A stretch of 64,000 nt of DNA from Tubiluchus corallicola (lineage: Eukaryota; Animalia; Priapulida), in assembly GCA_030141605.1 (NCBI GenBank), contig JAQGDQ010000104.1, forward strand, positions 310,001-374,000, written 5' to 3'. Position numbers and translations under genes: made by a program. The stretch's first letter is position 1; every line of letters starts with the position of its first letter. The notes under the pieces are model-generated. The model was given only the letters and a program-made list of their open reading frames with translations. It had not been told where the DNA came from and did no database searches. This document shows, in pieces, positions 62,793-64,000 of the stretch.

Positions 62793-64000
62793 AGCTTAGA
62801 GGGGAATTATTGGACGAACTCAACAGGCAAAACTTTCGTCTACTTGGCTTCCATCACATGATATATTAAAGCATAAAACGGTGTCATTTAACATACAGCT
62901 AAAATTTGATTTCAAAACAGGTATTTCATCAAACAGCACAACTAATTTTTTATAAAAATTGAACATAATTGATAATAAAATTATACGGTTTAGGAATTAG
63001 TTAGAATTAATCTGGTTAATAAGAAGCCTGGGCGTCACACTGGGTAAAGATTAATGTCCAAGAGCCAGAGCCATCTTGAACATTATTTCGTCTGTGCTTC
63101 AAGAACCACAAAATGTATGAAGACGAAATCGATTTTGCCCATGGATAGGCAGTATGGCGGACATTACTGACTGCGAATAAGACGTCGTCACCTGCATTAT
63201 TTGGCAACAGCAAAAAGAAAACCCTCACAATGACAGTGCTGTACACTTTCTAAAATTTCAATCATATTTAAGGTCTCAAAAAAACGCCAGCTCCTTACCA
63301 CTAGTGAATTGATAGGACAATCGTCACTCCTCGCAATCTTTACAGGTGGCGCTTCTTGCAGGAGTAACTGCTTCTCAAACATGGACAACATATTTTGACG
63401 ATTTTCGGTCATGCCTCAGGCGGGTCAAAGGGTCACGACCCGAAATTGTTAGCTAAGATGGCACTCAACCCTAGCTACAAGCACGCCAAATTTCGTGGAA
63501 TATATCTGCCTAGTTTTTGAGTTGTTCCACAAAGATGCGTATCTCGGAAACTAAACATCGCAAAACGAAAATAACAGCTGATTCTGAGTGTTAAATTTTC
63601 GACCGGACATCATTTTCAGCCGTTTTCTGGCTAATTAAAACTGGACTCGTAATATTGGCGCAGTGCATCAGATTCTTCATTTCATTGTGAATCCAATGAT
63701 ATGTGGCACGTTTTTGTAGGACTCATATCTTCCGTTCACAAAGCGTTCAAATGAAAACATGTCGATACCAAAGATATCATTCTTTACCTACACATTTAGG
63801 TAAGTTAAGTCTTCGTTACCACACTGGCGAAAAGATAGGCTGGCAAAAAAGAGGACAGGCGAAAAAGTAGACTGGCGAAAAATAGTGGACTGGCAAAAAG
63901 GAAGACTGGAGAAAAAGAGGACTGGCAAAAAACGTAGACTGGCAAAAAGATAACTGGCAAAACGACATGCAATCTAATTAAAGGATGGGGAGGTAGCACA
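62793..64000. repeat. Recent segmental duplication, copy 2, running off the window end
   Basis: Matches 57165-58271, with the actggc repeat expanded. Confidence 0.95.

Overview
AT-rich invertebrate (metazoan) genomic DNA, dense in microsatellites, minisatellites and decayed LINE/SINE/MITE fragments. Two protein-coding systems are visible. (1) A coding exon (TM1-TM4) of a GnRH/AKH/corazonin-receptor-family GPCR at 6046-6666, ending at the family's typical SPQ|GT splice site; I could not find its remaining exons in the window. (2) A cluster, from about 26 kb to the window end, of cadherin-like genes whose whole coding region is one uninterrupted ORF. Three are intact (A 26129-28012 -, B1 29995-31932 -, B2 58796-60724 +), at least five are pseudogenes or remnants (one from a third, divergent subfamily), and a duplicated upstream block predicts another copy just past 64000. 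Each protein has a signal peptide, about 5 cadherin-like repeats with PCDH15/CDHR5-type signatures but degenerate Ca2+-binding linkers, a C-terminal hydrophobic helix and a tail of only 7-8 aa. The paralogues are mosaics (shared 5' flank and EC1 on otherwise very different bodies) with clustered amino-acid changes, suggesting a rapidly diversifying cell-surface recognition or adhesion family. Also present are a 5S-rRNA-headed RTE-type SINE, a direct-repeat-flanked chimeric LINE/cadherin insertion and a fold-back palindrome. All homology calls come from motif recognition by eye; no searches were run.
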